Assembly: GCA_017889625.1 (NCBI GenBank)
Contig: JAGGAD010000021.1
Span: 798 to 64,797, forward strand
DNA length: 64,000 nucleotides
Direction of reading: 5' to 3'
From: Bacillota bacterium
Lineage (GTDB): Bacteria; Bacillota; Negativicutes; Sporomusales; CTSoil-080
Made by a program: the position numbers and the translations under genes. The notes beneath the pieces were generated by a model that saw nothing but the letters and a program-made list of their open reading frames with translations, was not told the DNA's origin and did not search any database. Below, piece after piece: positions 26,798-36,079 of the stretch. Position 1 is the stretch's first letter, and every line of letters starts with the position of its first letter.

Positions 26798-27169
26798 TTA
26801 TTTTCGCAAAAATTTTACCATCATCCAGATTAGACTTACACCAATAGCCACCAAAACAGCTAGCGGCAAAAAAACAAACACAATTATGGCGATAATTGCG
26901 GCAATCATCAACTTTGTTGTCCACTTCATCTGCCCGACACCGAAGTTCATTTGCCGAATATGAATACGCTGATTCGAATTATTCGATCGGTATTCATAAT
27001 AGTTATTTCCCGAATTTTTATCATCTAAACGCGGACTTGGCGAAGATTCAACAGTTATTCCCCGAAATTTTTCCCGTTCCTCCGAGTTCAGTATTGTCGC
27101 TTCTGGCTGCTGCCAGCAGGAACATTTATCATCCGCGCCCACTTCTCGTCCACAATTTGCACAACGCAC
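26798..27169 (-). CDS. Zn-ribbon (CxxC...CxC) single-pass membrane protein
   Basis: GTG start with an AGGAGGGGG SD, 16 nt after the upstream stop. N-terminal 'RCANCGREVGADDKCSC', a low-complexity linker and a C-terminal TM helix. Confidence 0.6.
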   Translation of the reverse strand: MRCANCGREVGADDKCSCWQQPEATILNSEEREKFRGITVESSPSPRLDDKNSGNNYYEYRSNNSNQRIHIRQMNFGVGQMKWTTKLMIAAIIAIIVFVFLPLAVLVAIGVSLIWMMVKFLRK

Positions 27170-27185
27170 GACTATCCCCCTCCTA

Positions 27186-28700
27186 TTACGACGTAAACAA
27201 TGAATAAATCAGCCCTTCTGTACTCAAGTAACGCGGATCATATTTTGCAAGTTCCAACGCTTTAAATATTTTATCCCGATTAGTATATATGCTACTAGTC
27301 GAAACAGCTAAATCATTGGCTAGTTGCTCTGCCGAAATGCCTTGCGGAGAATTAATAAGAGCAAAGCTATAGATGACTGCCGCAGCCCAAGCACCGGCTT
27401 TACGAACCGCTACCGAGCTTAATTGACTAAAATCATTCCACAACTTTTCCGCTAAAGATTGGTCGTGTTTTGAAAAACCATATTCCGGCATAATTTTAGC
27501 AAACAGCGCCATTACCTGTTCATTAGGCTGACGCTGATTCACTATAATAGGGAAACTGCGTTCTATCTGGTCAAAGGGAGTAACATTGAGTTTTGCCATA
27601 TTTAGCAGTACATCTACCGTATGGCGAAAAGCTAAGGCATGGCGACTGAAGAACTCAGTCCACGTCGCACCTGGCTGTTGAATTTCAAAAATAGCCTTTT
27701 GCCGCAAGGCCTCGTCTTTAATCCGGCGGCGAAGATTTGAGCTGAGCTTTATGCTGGTTATACAATTTATCAATACAGTTTCACGGGAAAAAACATGTCC
27801 GAAAAACAGCATATGCTTCATTTCTTTGTAATCAAACTCAGGATGCGGCAATTTAAATACTTCTTCCGTGAACATATTTACACATTCAACCCAATCTGTA
27901 TTTATTACCTTATTTATAGTAAATACAGCAAATTCCGTATGCAAAAGATCTTCAACCACCCGTTGCTCTTCTGAGTTAAGTTCGTTCCAGTGGGTTGTCG
28001 CAAATTCTTTAATCGGAGTCTGATCATTTGCTAATAGCCGATAGTCAAATAAAAAGTAATCCCAAAATTCTTGCCAAAACATACTAACTTCGCCTGGCTC
28101 TGCTTCGGGAATCGAGTTAAAGGGGCCAGAAAACAGAAACAAAGCCCGTTGAAAATCATCGTTGAATTCTTTACGTTGAAAAAACTCTCCTAATTTCAAC
28201 ATAAGTCCTTCGACAACTTCACCAACTATGTTAATAAACTCTTCCGTCAACAGTGACGAATTTTGCTTTAATATTAAGCTACTGTTGTCAATCAGTCTTA
28301 CTTTGTCGCCTCCGGCAATTTCTTCAGCAGCTTGTTCAAGTTCCGTAGTATCGGTCACAAGCTTTTTTAATGCTAAATACCGATAAAATTCTAACAAGAC
28401 ACTAAAAAACTTACGCACCGGTTTCAACGTCGCTTTAAATCCTTTAACATGATTCGTCAACCATTCTATAACCCGACTATATTCTTGATAAGAGATTTCC
28501 TCTAAATAATCAGCATCAGTGTGTTCCAGATAGACTAAGAACATTTTTAAATTGCGCCAAAGCTCCCTGAGTTCCTCATCATTCGTACCCTGCCATGCTT
28601 TCTGACGTAAATAGCCTTCAATCCAGTCGCGACTAATGGCTAATTCCTGCTCTATTTCTTTTTCATAAAAAACATGAACTTCTTCATAAACATTTTTCAT
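27186..28700 (-). CDS. Uncharacterised 504-aa protein with C-terminal HTH
   Basis: Long uninterrupted ORF with a GAAGGAGA SD. The C-terminus 'AWAAAVIYSFALINSPQGISAEQLANDLAVSTSSIYTNRDKIFKAL' looks like a sigma region-4 or TFIIB-cyclin-type HTH. No catalytic motif recognised. Confidence 0.6.
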   Translation of the reverse strand: MKNVYEEVHVFYEKEIEQELAISRDWIEGYLRQKAWQGTNDEELRELWRNLKMFLVYLEHTDADYLEEISYQEYSRVIEWLTNHVKGFKATLKPVRKFFSVLLEFYRYLALKKLVTDTTELEQAAEEIAGGDKVRLIDNSSLILKQNSSLLTEEFINIVGEVVEGLMLKLGEFFQRKEFNDDFQRALFLFSGPFNSIPEAEPGEVSMFWQEFWDYFLFDYRLLANDQTPIKEFATTHWNELNSEEQRVVEDLLHTEFAVFTINKVINTDWVECVNMFTEEVFKLPHPEFDYKEMKHMLFFGHVFSRETVLINCITSIKLSSNLRRRIKDEALRQKAIFEIQQPGATWTEFFSRHALAFRHTVDVLLNMAKLNVTPFDQIERSFPIIVNQRQPNEQVMALFAKIMPEYGFSKHDQSLAEKLWNDFSQLSSVAVRKAGAWAAAVIYSFALINSPQGISAEQLANDLAVSTSSIYTNRDKIFKALELAKYDPRYLSTEGLIYSLFTS

Positions 28701-28774
28701 AAGAACTAAGAATCTCCTTCAACAACGCTACGGGTTTCATTATATCACTTTCATGCGCCGCCTACTACCCGTCA

Positions 28775-29059
28775 TTATTGAACTAAACCTTGCCAAGCAT
28801 CAATTGGTTCTGACACCAGTTCTGAGGTTACTTCTAAATCAGTCGCACTATTTGGCAGTGCGACTTGCTCTACATCCGCGTGCTGAGCACCTTGTATTTT
28901 CAGGTTAGGTATTTCTAATTGAGGTATTGCAGGCACTGGCACACGGCGGGGAACGTCGGGATATTCGTATTTCTTAGGGTTTTTGCTTTTAAAGATAATT
29001 GGCAATATATAAAATACCACCACAAATATGATAACTAAAGCCACATCCATACTTATCAC
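28775..29059 (-). CDS. Small membrane protein downstream of floA (positional equivalent of yqfB)
   Basis: N-terminal TM helix; directly abuts the floA stop. Confidence 0.5.
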   Translation of the reverse strand: MISMDVALVIIFVVVFYILPIIFKSKNPKKYEYPDVPRRVPVPAIPQLEIPNLKIQGAQHADVEQVALPNSATDLEVTSELVSEPIDAWQGLVQ

Positions 29060-30061
29060 CTATTTCTTGGGTTCGGTTTTAACCGGCGCTGCTGGTCCGA
29101 TTTTGGCGATTGTTTCCCGCATATCAGTATCTGCCATAATATTGTTCATATTGTAATAATCCATTACTCCCATTTTTCCCTCTTTTAACGCCATAGCCAA
29201 GGCGTGCGGAACCTCAGCCTGAGCTTCTACCACTTTAGCTTGCATTTCTTGAGTATAAGCCCGCATCTCTTGTTCTTTAGCTACGGCCATGGCTCGCCGT
29301 TCTTCTGCTTTGGCCTGAGCTACGCGTTTTTCAGCTTCAGCTTGATCAGTCATAAGTTCGGCCCCTATATTCCGTCCAACATCGACGTCAGCAATATCTA
29401 TTGACAATATTTCAAAGGCAGTTCCAGCGTCTAGTCCTTTAGCCAACACCGTCCGCGAAATATAATCAGGGTTTTCTAATACATCTTTATGGTCAACTGA
29501 GGAACCAACATTAGTAACAATGCCCTCCCCAACCCGGGCAATGATTGTCGCTTCACCGGCCCCACCAACAAGACGATCAATATTAGCTCGTACTGTTACC
29601 CTAGCCTTTACTTTAAGTTCAATGCCATTTTGGGCTACCGCTGAAACAAAAGGGGTCTCAATAACTTGCGGGTTAACACTCATCTGGACAGCTTCCAACA
29701 CGTTGCGGCCTGCCAAATCAATAGCTGCTGAACGCTCGAACGGCAAGCTAATTTGCGCCCGATGAGCGGCAATTAAGGAGTCTATAACACGATCAACATT
29801 TCCTCCGGCTAAAAAGTGAGCCTCTAGTTGATTGACACTAACCTCAAGCCCCGCTTTATTGGCTTTAATCAGTGGCAAAACAATTCTCGCTGGTGGCACC
29901 CGTCTCAGCCGCATACCAATAAGATTAATAATAGCCACATTTACCCCTGCCGCTAGTGCTGATATCCATAATCCAAGCGGCACAAAATGCAAAAACAATG
30001 CTAACACCATAATAACGACTACTAAAATAATAATACTTCCCACCATAATACCATCCTCCAT
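29060..30061 (-). CDS. floA: Flotillin-like protein FloA (UPF0365/YqfA)
   Basis: '[10 protein letters not shown]...[21 protein letters not shown]......[13 protein letters not shown]' matches the FloA family. Confidence 0.85.
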   Translation of the reverse strand: MEDGIMVGSIIILVVVIMVLALFLHFVPLGLWISALAAGVNVAIINLIGMRLRRVPPARIVLPLIKANKAGLEVSVNQLEAHFLAGGNVDRVIDSLIAAHRAQISLPFERSAAIDLAGRNVLEAVQMSVNPQVIETPFVSAVAQNGIELKVKARVTVRANIDRLVGGAGEATIIARVGEGIVTNVGSSVDHKDVLENPDYISRTVLAKGLDAGTAFEILSIDIADVDVGRNIGAELMTDQAEAEKRVAQAKAEERRAMAVAKEQEMRAYTQEMQAKVVEAQAEVPHALAMALKEGKMGVMDYYNMNNIMADTDMRETIAKIGPAAPVKTEPKK

Positions 30062-31366
30062 CTATTTGTTATTATCAATCGACCGAACTACAATCCGATT
30101 GCCACTAACATCAACAACCCTAACCAAAGTCTTAGGAACAAGATATTCACCTTCAGATACAACATTAAGGTATACACCATCAATGTTAATCACCCCTGCC
30201 GGACGAAGCAGGGTGACCGTAACTCCGCTACACCCAAGGTATGACTGATAATCAGCGCTACTTATATATCCATTATTGGTTGTTGCCGCATTTTTTAACA
30301 CAAGCCTTGACCACACCTGACTTGTCGGCAAATTTTTTAAAATAAGCAAGAATATTATTATAGCTGTAACCAAACTAACTGCCAATATATTTAGCGCAAC
30401 AGCATTAGCCCCTAATGTTAAAAACAAGCTTGCCAAAATCATTAGCGTTCCGACCACCCCAAACAAACCTAACCCCGGTGTATAAAGTTCGGCAATAAGC
30501 GCCAGTACTCCGGCAACAAATAGTAATAGCTCTAACCAGCCAGAAAAACCAGTAGCCCATTGACTACCAAAGAAAATCAGGGCCATAACAATTGCTATAA
30601 GGGCAGCTATTCCAGTGCCTGCCGTTTTAATTTCAGTAAGTATACTTAAAAAAATTATAGTAATAACCACTGATTTTATTAAGGAACTAGACATCCATCC
30701 GGCCAATTTTTCCGGCCACCCAAACGTGCATTCAATAACCGGAGCATCGGTCAAATTATAATAGGACAAAACATCGCCTCGAGTTGCGGCAATCACTTCC
30801 GCATACCCAAGCTTCACTGCCTGGTAATCTGTAAGAGCCAAGATCTGCCCCGGCCCTGCATACTCGCTATAGCCCAGTGATTTATCAACCATGGCTTGAG
30901 CTATGCGAGGATCACGTCCTGTTTTATTGGCCGTAGCGGCAAATTCCGCTTTTAGCGCTGCAATCGTCTTTTCCGTGGCGGGAATAGGCTCAGCAGCACC
31001 AATGCTCCCACCAGGAGCAATCGCAATTCGGGAGTGAGCGATAGCAATAAGCGCCCCAGCCGACCACGCTCGATTTTTTATGTAACATATAGTTTTTACC
31101 GGTGATTCACCAATAAGGTCGCGGATTTTCGTGCCAGCCTCCACCAGACCGCCAAAAGTATCCAGTTCTACTAATACAGCTTGAGCATTATTTTCCTTAA
31201 CTTCGTTAATTGCTCTATGGACGAGTGCAACTTGTCCATCATCGATTTCTCCCTTAATTTGAACAACTACAACCGGAGATTCGTTAGCAAAACAACCAGA
31301 ACTACAGCTTAATACTAGCAAAATACTTACTACAGACAGACACATCCATCTTACTATATTGTACAT
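30062..31366 (-). CDS. NfeD-family membrane-bound serine protease (YqeZ-like)
   Basis: ClpP-like N-terminal domain, several TM helices and a C-terminal NfeD OB-fold. Stop abuts the floA start. Confidence 0.8.
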   Translation of the reverse strand: MYNIVRWMCLSVVSILLVLSCSSGCFANESPVVVVQIKGEIDDGQVALVHRAINEVKENNAQAVLVELDTFGGLVEAGTKIRDLIGESPVKTICYIKNRAWSAGALIAIAHSRIAIAPGGSIGAAEPIPATEKTIAALKAEFAATANKTGRDPRIAQAMVDKSLGYSEYAGPGQILALTDYQAVKLGYAEVIAATRGDVLSYYNLTDAPVIECTFGWPEKLAGWMSSSLIKSVVITIIFLSILTEIKTAGTGIAALIAIVMALIFFGSQWATGFSGWLELLLFVAGVLALIAELYTPGLGLFGVVGTLMILASLFLTLGANAVALNILAVSLVTAIIIFLLILKNLPTSQVWSRLVLKNAATTNNGYISSADYQSYLGCSGVTVTLLRPAGVINIDGVYLNVVSEGEYLVPKTLVRVVDVSGNRIVVRSIDNNK

Positions 31367-31522
31367 TACAATTTTTTACCCTTTCATTTTATTGGTAATC
31401 ATTTGTGTTTTATTCTTCATTAGCCCTACTATTCCTTTCTATATTGTTTCATCATCCAGTTAATGTATTTTATATTTTATTTTTTTCATTTAGCTTAGCT
31501 TTATTTGTTATATCTTTTCAGC

Positions 31523-31551
31523 TTGACTTATTTCGCAATATATGATATTTT
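31523..31551 (+). promoter_or_regulatory. Candidate plus-strand promoter inside the AT-rich gap
   Basis: TTGACT-N17-TATTTT with TG at -15/-14. No ORF lies downstream before the terminator at 31771. Confidence 0.3.
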
Positions 31552-31770
31552 TTTACTGTAGAAGTGAAGCATCGACATATTTCGTACTTTTTCTACAGCA
31601 TACATTCTTCAAATACTACGCTAGTTTCCTACTTAGTATCTCACTTTTTATTAAGCAATATTAGACCTATTACATGTAGTTTTATTGTAGTAGAAATTTT
31701 AGTTGTTATTGTAGTTTATTTGTAGCGTTTATTTTTGTTAATTTATTTTTACGCTTCACTAACACCAAAT

Positions 31771-31795
31771 AAAGACAGGCCTCCGGCCTGTCTTT
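31771..31795. terminator. Bidirectional intrinsic terminator
   Basis: AAAGACAGGCC-tcc-GGCCTGTCTTT with T-rich flanks on both strands. Confidence 0.7.
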
Positions 31796-31824
31796 ATTTC
31801 ATTTTTTTGCTGCACGAGAAATAA

Positions 31825-31850
31825 ACCCGGCATCCTTTTGGATACCGGGT
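31825..31850 (-). terminator. Hairpin immediately after the yqeY stop
   Basis: ACCCGGCATC / GATACCGGGT stem (one mismatch) followed by UUAUUUC on the minus strand. Confidence 0.5.
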
Positions 31851-31855
31851 TTGTA

Positions 31856-32308
31856 TTATTGATTTAGCAATTCTTTAACGATTGAATTAACCATTTTTCC
31901 ATCAGCCCGACCTTTTACCTTCGGCATTAACAAGGCCATTACCTTGCCCATTTCTTTAGGCCCCGTAGCTTTAGAATCACGAACCGCCTCAACAACTAAC
32001 TCTCTTACCGCTTCCTCACTCAGTTGTTCGGGAAGGTACTTGAGTAATATGGCAATTTCCTGTTCAAGAGCTTCAACCAAATCTGGTCTGTTCCCTTTAC
32101 GGAATTCATCCATCGAGTCCCGGCGCATTTTGACTTCTTTAGCCACTACATCCAGAACTTCATCTTCAGTAAGATCTTTTTTTTGATCTATTTCCAAGTT
32201 TTTGATACTGGCACGAACCATCCGGATAACTGATAAGCGAGTTTTACCTGCCTCTTTCTCCTTCATGGCCAGCTTCATGTCTTCATTCAATCTGTCTTTT
32301 ACTGACAT
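31856..32308 (-). CDS. yqeY: GatB/YqeY domain protein
   Basis: 'RLNEDMKLAMKEKE...LSVIRM....K..EID' is a typical YqeY sequence. Confidence 0.8.
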   Translation of the reverse strand: MSVKDRLNEDMKLAMKEKEAGKTRLSVIRMVRASIKNLEIDQKKDLTEDEVLDVVAKEVKMRRDSMDEFRKGNRPDLVEALEQEIAILLKYLPEQLSEEAVRELVVEAVRDSKATGPKEMGKVMALLMPKVKGRADGKMVNSIVKELLNQ

Positions 32309-32325
32309 ATAAAAAACCTCCGAAA

Positions 32326-32502
32326 CTATTTAAACTTACGCTTACGCGCCGCTTCGGATTTCTTTTTGCGCTTTACACTTGGTTTCTCATAATGTTCGCG
32401 TTTTCTAACTTCCGAAAGAACACCGGCTTTTTGGCAATTGCGTTTAAACCTGCGGATTGCACTATCCAATGTTTCGTTTTTTCCAACTTTGATTTCTGAC
32501 AC
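32326..32502 (-). CDS. rpsU: 30S ribosomal protein S21 (not in the ORF track)
   Basis: Hand translation gives (M)[60 protein letters not shown] start with a GGAGGGAGGGAG SD. Confidence 0.9.
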   Translation of the reverse strand: MSEIKVGKNETLDSAIRRFKRNCQKAGVLSEVRKREHYEKPSVKRKKKSEAARKRKFK

Positions 32503-32596
32503 CTAATCTCCCTCCCTCCACACAGACCTCGGGAAGCTACTGTTTGGCTTATGGGTTACCTGAAAATTATACACGAAATAGCCATTCATGTCAATA

Positions 32597-32944
32597 TTAG
32601 CCTGGCGGCCACTCCATAAATCTACCGCCCAATAAATGACAGTGCAAATGATGAACTGTTTGTCCACCGTTATCTTTGGTATTGATTACTATACGAAACC
32701 CATCCTCAGCAATACCAGCCTTAGCGGCAATTTTAGGAATGACCGTCATTATATGCCCTAGTAAAGCAGTGTCATCACTGCCTATTTCGGTCAGGTTTGA
32801 AATGTGGCGTTTGGGAATGACCAGGATATGAACAGGCGCTGCAGGATTGATATCAGGGAAAGCGAGTACATGTTCATCTTCATAAAATACTTCTGATGGA
32901 ATCTCCCGGTTTATAATTTTACAGAAAATACAATCTTGCTGCAT
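32597..32944 (-). CDS. HIT-family (Hint-like) nucleotide hydrolase
   Basis: 'CIFCKI...' N-terminus and the histidine triad HLHCHLLGG. Confidence 0.85.
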   Translation of the reverse strand: MQQDCIFCKIINREIPSEVFYEDEHVLAFPDINPAAPVHILVIPKRHISNLTEIGSDDTALLGHIMTVIPKIAAKAGIAEDGFRIVINTKDNGGQTVHHLHCHLLGGRFMEWPPG

Positions 32945-33057
32945 ATGTCACCTCCTCTCATTCAATGGTCCAAATCTCAGCATTTATTGACATATGTAAG
33001 AAAATATTCGCCCAAGTTATCAGATTATCCTGCCTAAACCTTCCCGCCTTGGAATTT

Positions 33058-34353
33058 TTAGTAAATTATTTTCCCCCACACCCCGTCTTTGTAGTGTTTT
33101 TCAAGCATTACTCGTAAAAGTTGCCCTCTGGGAGCTTGGCTATCTGTATACACTCTAATATAATTTCCAGTAAGGCCTTCTAGCTCAGCACCGCCATGCA
33201 GCTCCGACAAAATTGTCATTTGTCGGCCAATAAACCGAGCGCGAAATTCGGTAGCTTTTGTCTCAGCTACTTGTTGCAAAAGATTAACTCGGTGCTTTTT
33301 TTGATTTTCAGCAATTTGATTACTAAAATCAGCAGCCGGCGTTCCTTGTCGCGACGAATATGGGAATACATGGATACCAGAAAAATTTATGGTTTTGACA
33401 AATTTCAACGTGTTATTGAACATTTCTTCGGTTTCCCCAGGAAAACCAACAATAATATCGGTGGAAATTGCAACATCCGGCACTTTAGTCTGAATACCAG
33501 TCACCAGACTACTATACTCAGTGGTAGTATAATGACGATTCATCGCTTTCAAAACAGTATCATCACCTGACTGAAGGGGCAAATGAAAGTGATGGCACAG
33601 TCTGTTGTCGTTTTTCATAATATCAATAATTTTCTCGTCTACTTCCACCGATTCAAGAGAACCTAACCGAAGCCGCACAAGGCCCGTAACTTCCAGTACT
33701 CGTTTAACAGCATCGGTAAGCGTAATTGATCCCCCGAAATCATGGCCATACGCCCCTAAATGTATGCCGGTAAGTACAATTTCTTTAAACCCAGCCGCTA
33801 CTAATTTTTCAGTTTCCCGCACAACACTGTCAAGTGGTCGCGACCTAAGCGGACCTCTGGCATAAGGAATAATACAGTACGTACAGTAATTGGTACAGCC
33901 TTCTTGAATTTTTAGAAACGCCCTTGTTCGCCCCGGTGCCGCAAAAAGCGGAATATCTTCAAATTCTCGGGCAGACATTATGTCCCCTACCAGTTTTACT
34001 TTCTCTCCTTTTAACAGCGCCGCTTCAGCCAGTTCTACAATGCGTTGACGCTCTTTAGTGCCAACGACTATATCTACCCCGGGTATTTGAGCGACTTTAT
34101 CGGGTGAAAGCTGAGCATAACAACCAGTTACTACGATAGCAGCCTCAGGATTTAACCTAGTGGCGCGACGAATCAATTGGCGGGATTTACGTTCCCCCAG
34201 ATGGGTAACTGAGCAAGTATTGATCACATATATTTCCGCCGCCTGTTCAAACTTTACTGTTTGGTATCCCTTTTCTTTAAATAATCCGGCGATAATATCA
34301 GTTTCAAACTGATTAACTTTGCAACCTAAAGTGGTCAGCGCCACACGCGGCAC
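33058..34353 (-). CDS. mtaB: tRNA (N6-threonylcarbamoyl-A37) methylthiotransferase MtaB (YqeV)
   Basis: UPF0004 domain 'TLGCKVNQFE', radical SAM CTNYCTYC and a TRAM-like C-terminus. GTG start at 34353 behind GGAGGGAG. Confidence 0.85.
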   Translation of the reverse strand: MPRVALTTLGCKVNQFETDIIAGLFKEKGYQTVKFEQAAEIYVINTCSVTHLGERKSRQLIRRATRLNPEAAIVVTGCYAQLSPDKVAQIPGVDIVVGTKERQRIVELAEAALLKGEKVKLVGDIMSAREFEDIPLFAAPGRTRAFLKIQEGCTNYCTYCIIPYARGPLRSRPLDSVVRETEKLVAAGFKEIVLTGIHLGAYGHDFGGSITLTDAVKRVLEVTGLVRLRLGSLESVEVDEKIIDIMKNDNRLCHHFHLPLQSGDDTVLKAMNRHYTTTEYSSLVTGIQTKVPDVAISTDIIVGFPGETEEMFNNTLKFVKTINFSGIHVFPYSSRQGTPAADFSNQIAENQKKHRVNLLQQVAETKATEFRARFIGRQMTILSELHGGAELEGLTGNYIRVYTDSQAPRGQLLRVMLEKHYKDGVWGKIIY

Positions 34354-34382
34354 ACTGCTCCCTCCCCATATCAAAGGTTAGC

Positions 34383-35117
34383 CTAACCTAAATCACCATT
34401 TTGATACATAATAATCGATAAAGTAGCCAGCGCGGCCGTCTCGGTTCTTAAAATACGCGGTCCTAAAGTACAAATATGAGCACGATGCTGCAAACAAAAT
34501 TCTACTTCATCTAAACTAAAACCACCTTCAGGCCCAATTAAGATTAAGTAGGATTTTGCTTTTGAGGTGGTTGTCATAATTTCCTTAAAACCTTGTTTAG
34601 TTTCACCCTCATACAGCATTATACTGACAGTATCCGGGCCAACAGCATCAAAAACTTCGGCTAAGCTTTTGATCTGAGTAACCTCAGGCACAGTGCCTCG
34701 GCCGCACTGTTTGGCCGCTTCGCGGGAAATTTTTTGCCAACGCTCAACTCTTGTTTTTTTCTTGGTCTCGTCATAATTAACAGTACTAAAACGAACATCC
34801 ATCGGGATTACATTACTAACACCAAGTTCTACGGCCTTTTGTATTATATAATCCATTTTGTCGGCTTTGGGCAGTCCCTGAGCCAAGAATACTTTGATGG
34901 GAGGCTCTGTAAGTACATCAATCGTCTCAAGCATTACTGCTTCAACGCTCGTCGCTTTTATTGTCCTGATATGGAATCGACCAGCTTGTCCATCACTGCC
35001 AACCACAACTAGTTCATCCCCCGGCTCCAGTCGGAGAACTTGACCAATATGTCGTGCATCTTGGCCTTGGATCGTTATAGTTGGGGTTAATAATTCGCTA
35101 ATAAAGAACCGCCGCAA
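34383..35117 (-). CDS. rsmE: 16S rRNA (uracil1498-N3)-methyltransferase RsmE
   Basis: 'RRFFI...' N-terminus and 'IGPEGGFS..E.......LGPRILRTETA'. TTG start at 35117 with a GGGAGGAAA SD. The long track extension overlaps prmA. Confidence 0.85.
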   Translation of the reverse strand: MRRFFISELLTPTITIQGQDARHIGQVLRLEPGDELVVVGSDGQAGRFHIRTIKATSVEAVMLETIDVLTEPPIKVFLAQGLPKADKMDYIIQKAVELGVSNVIPMDVRFSTVNYDETKKKTRVERWQKISREAAKQCGRGTVPEVTQIKSLAEVFDAVGPDTVSIMLYEGETKQGFKEIMTTTSKAKSYLILIGPEGGFSLDEVEFCLQHRAHICTLGPRILRTETAALATLSIIMYQNGDLG

Positions 35118-35118
35118 A

Positions 35119-36054
35119 TTAGTTTCCTCCCTTGCGGGCCAAGATGTTTCCCCAACCGCCTTCCTCAGTGGCCTTCTCCAAGATAAGACCATTAGCTGAT
35201 AGTGCCAGCAGCACTTCGCCGATCCTTTCAACAATGATTCCGCCAGCGATAAAATAACCTCCATCGGTTAGGCGTGGAGAAACATCCGGCAGCATTTTCA
35301 GAATAATATCAGCGACAATATTGGCTACAATAATATCCGCCTGCCCTGTAAACCCAGCCAATAGGTCTCCAACATCGACTTTGACAACAGACTCTACATT
35401 GTTAACTTTGACATTTTCATTGGCAACACGCACGGCTACCGAATCAAAATCTGCAGCCAATACTTTCTTTGCGCCAAGCTTGGCCGCAGTTACTGCCAAT
35501 ACCCCTGATCCTGTGCCAACATCATACACGGTATCACCTGGTTTAACAACCTCTTCCAACATTCTGATACACATAGCGGTTGTATGGTGACTGCCTGTGC
35601 CAAACGCCATTCCAGGGTCAATTTCAATAATGATATCTTCAGATTCGGGAATATAGTCTTTCCAGGTTGGTTTGATTACCACCCGTTCGCCAATTTTAAC
35701 CGGCAAGAAAAACTCTTTCCAAGTTACTGCCCAATCTTCATCCTGAACTTCCCGTCGTTCGACCGGGCCAAGACTTGTTTCAATGTTATGTTCAAGTTCT
35801 TCCAGTGAATCGCTAAGCACCCGGATTTTATCATCTATGGCATCGTCAACCGGCAAATAGGCTTTAACCGTTACTATCCCGGTGTTAAGTTGTTCAGGAA
35901 TATCGCAATAATCCCAGGCACCGGAGCGCCGGTACGAATTAATAAGGTCCGGGTCTTCGATAACAACCCCAGCTGCTCCCAGTTCATGAAAAATATTGGC
36001 CACCGCTTCGGTGGCCTCACTCATGGTCTGAATGCTAAGCTCAGCCCACTTCAT
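35119..36054 (-). CDS. prmA: Ribosomal protein L11 methyltransferase
   Basis: 'MKWAELSIQT' start and the 'DVGTGSGVLA' SAM motif. Confidence 0.9.
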   Translation of the reverse strand: MKWAELSIQTMSEATEAVANIFHELGAAGVVIEDPDLINSYRRSGAWDYCDIPEQLNTGIVTVKAYLPVDDAIDDKIRVLSDSLEELEHNIETSLGPVERREVQDEDWAVTWKEFFLPVKIGERVVIKPTWKDYIPESEDIIIEIDPGMAFGTGSHHTTAMCIRMLEEVVKPGDTVYDVGTGSGVLAVTAAKLGAKKVLAADFDSVAVRVANENVKVNNVESVVKVDVGDLLAGFTGQADIIVANIVADIILKMLPDVSPRLTDGGYFIAGGIIVERIGEVLLALSANGLILEKATEEGGWGNILARKGGN

Positions 36055-36079
36055 TATACAATCGCCCCCTGTTATGCTA

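Noticed and set aside
31446-31451. Sigma-W promoter for nfeD-floA (as in B. subtilis yqeZ-yqfA-yqfB)
   Set aside because: An exact TGAAAC -35 is present, but the -10 at the required 16-17-nt spacing reads AGTA/GTAG instead of CGTA. It is not called as a feature.
35118-35264. N-terminal extension of the rsmE ORF overlapping prmA by about 145 nt
   Set aside because: RsmE homology begins at 'RRFFI'. A TTG with a GGGAGGAAA SD sits exactly there (35117), 1 nt after the prmA stop.
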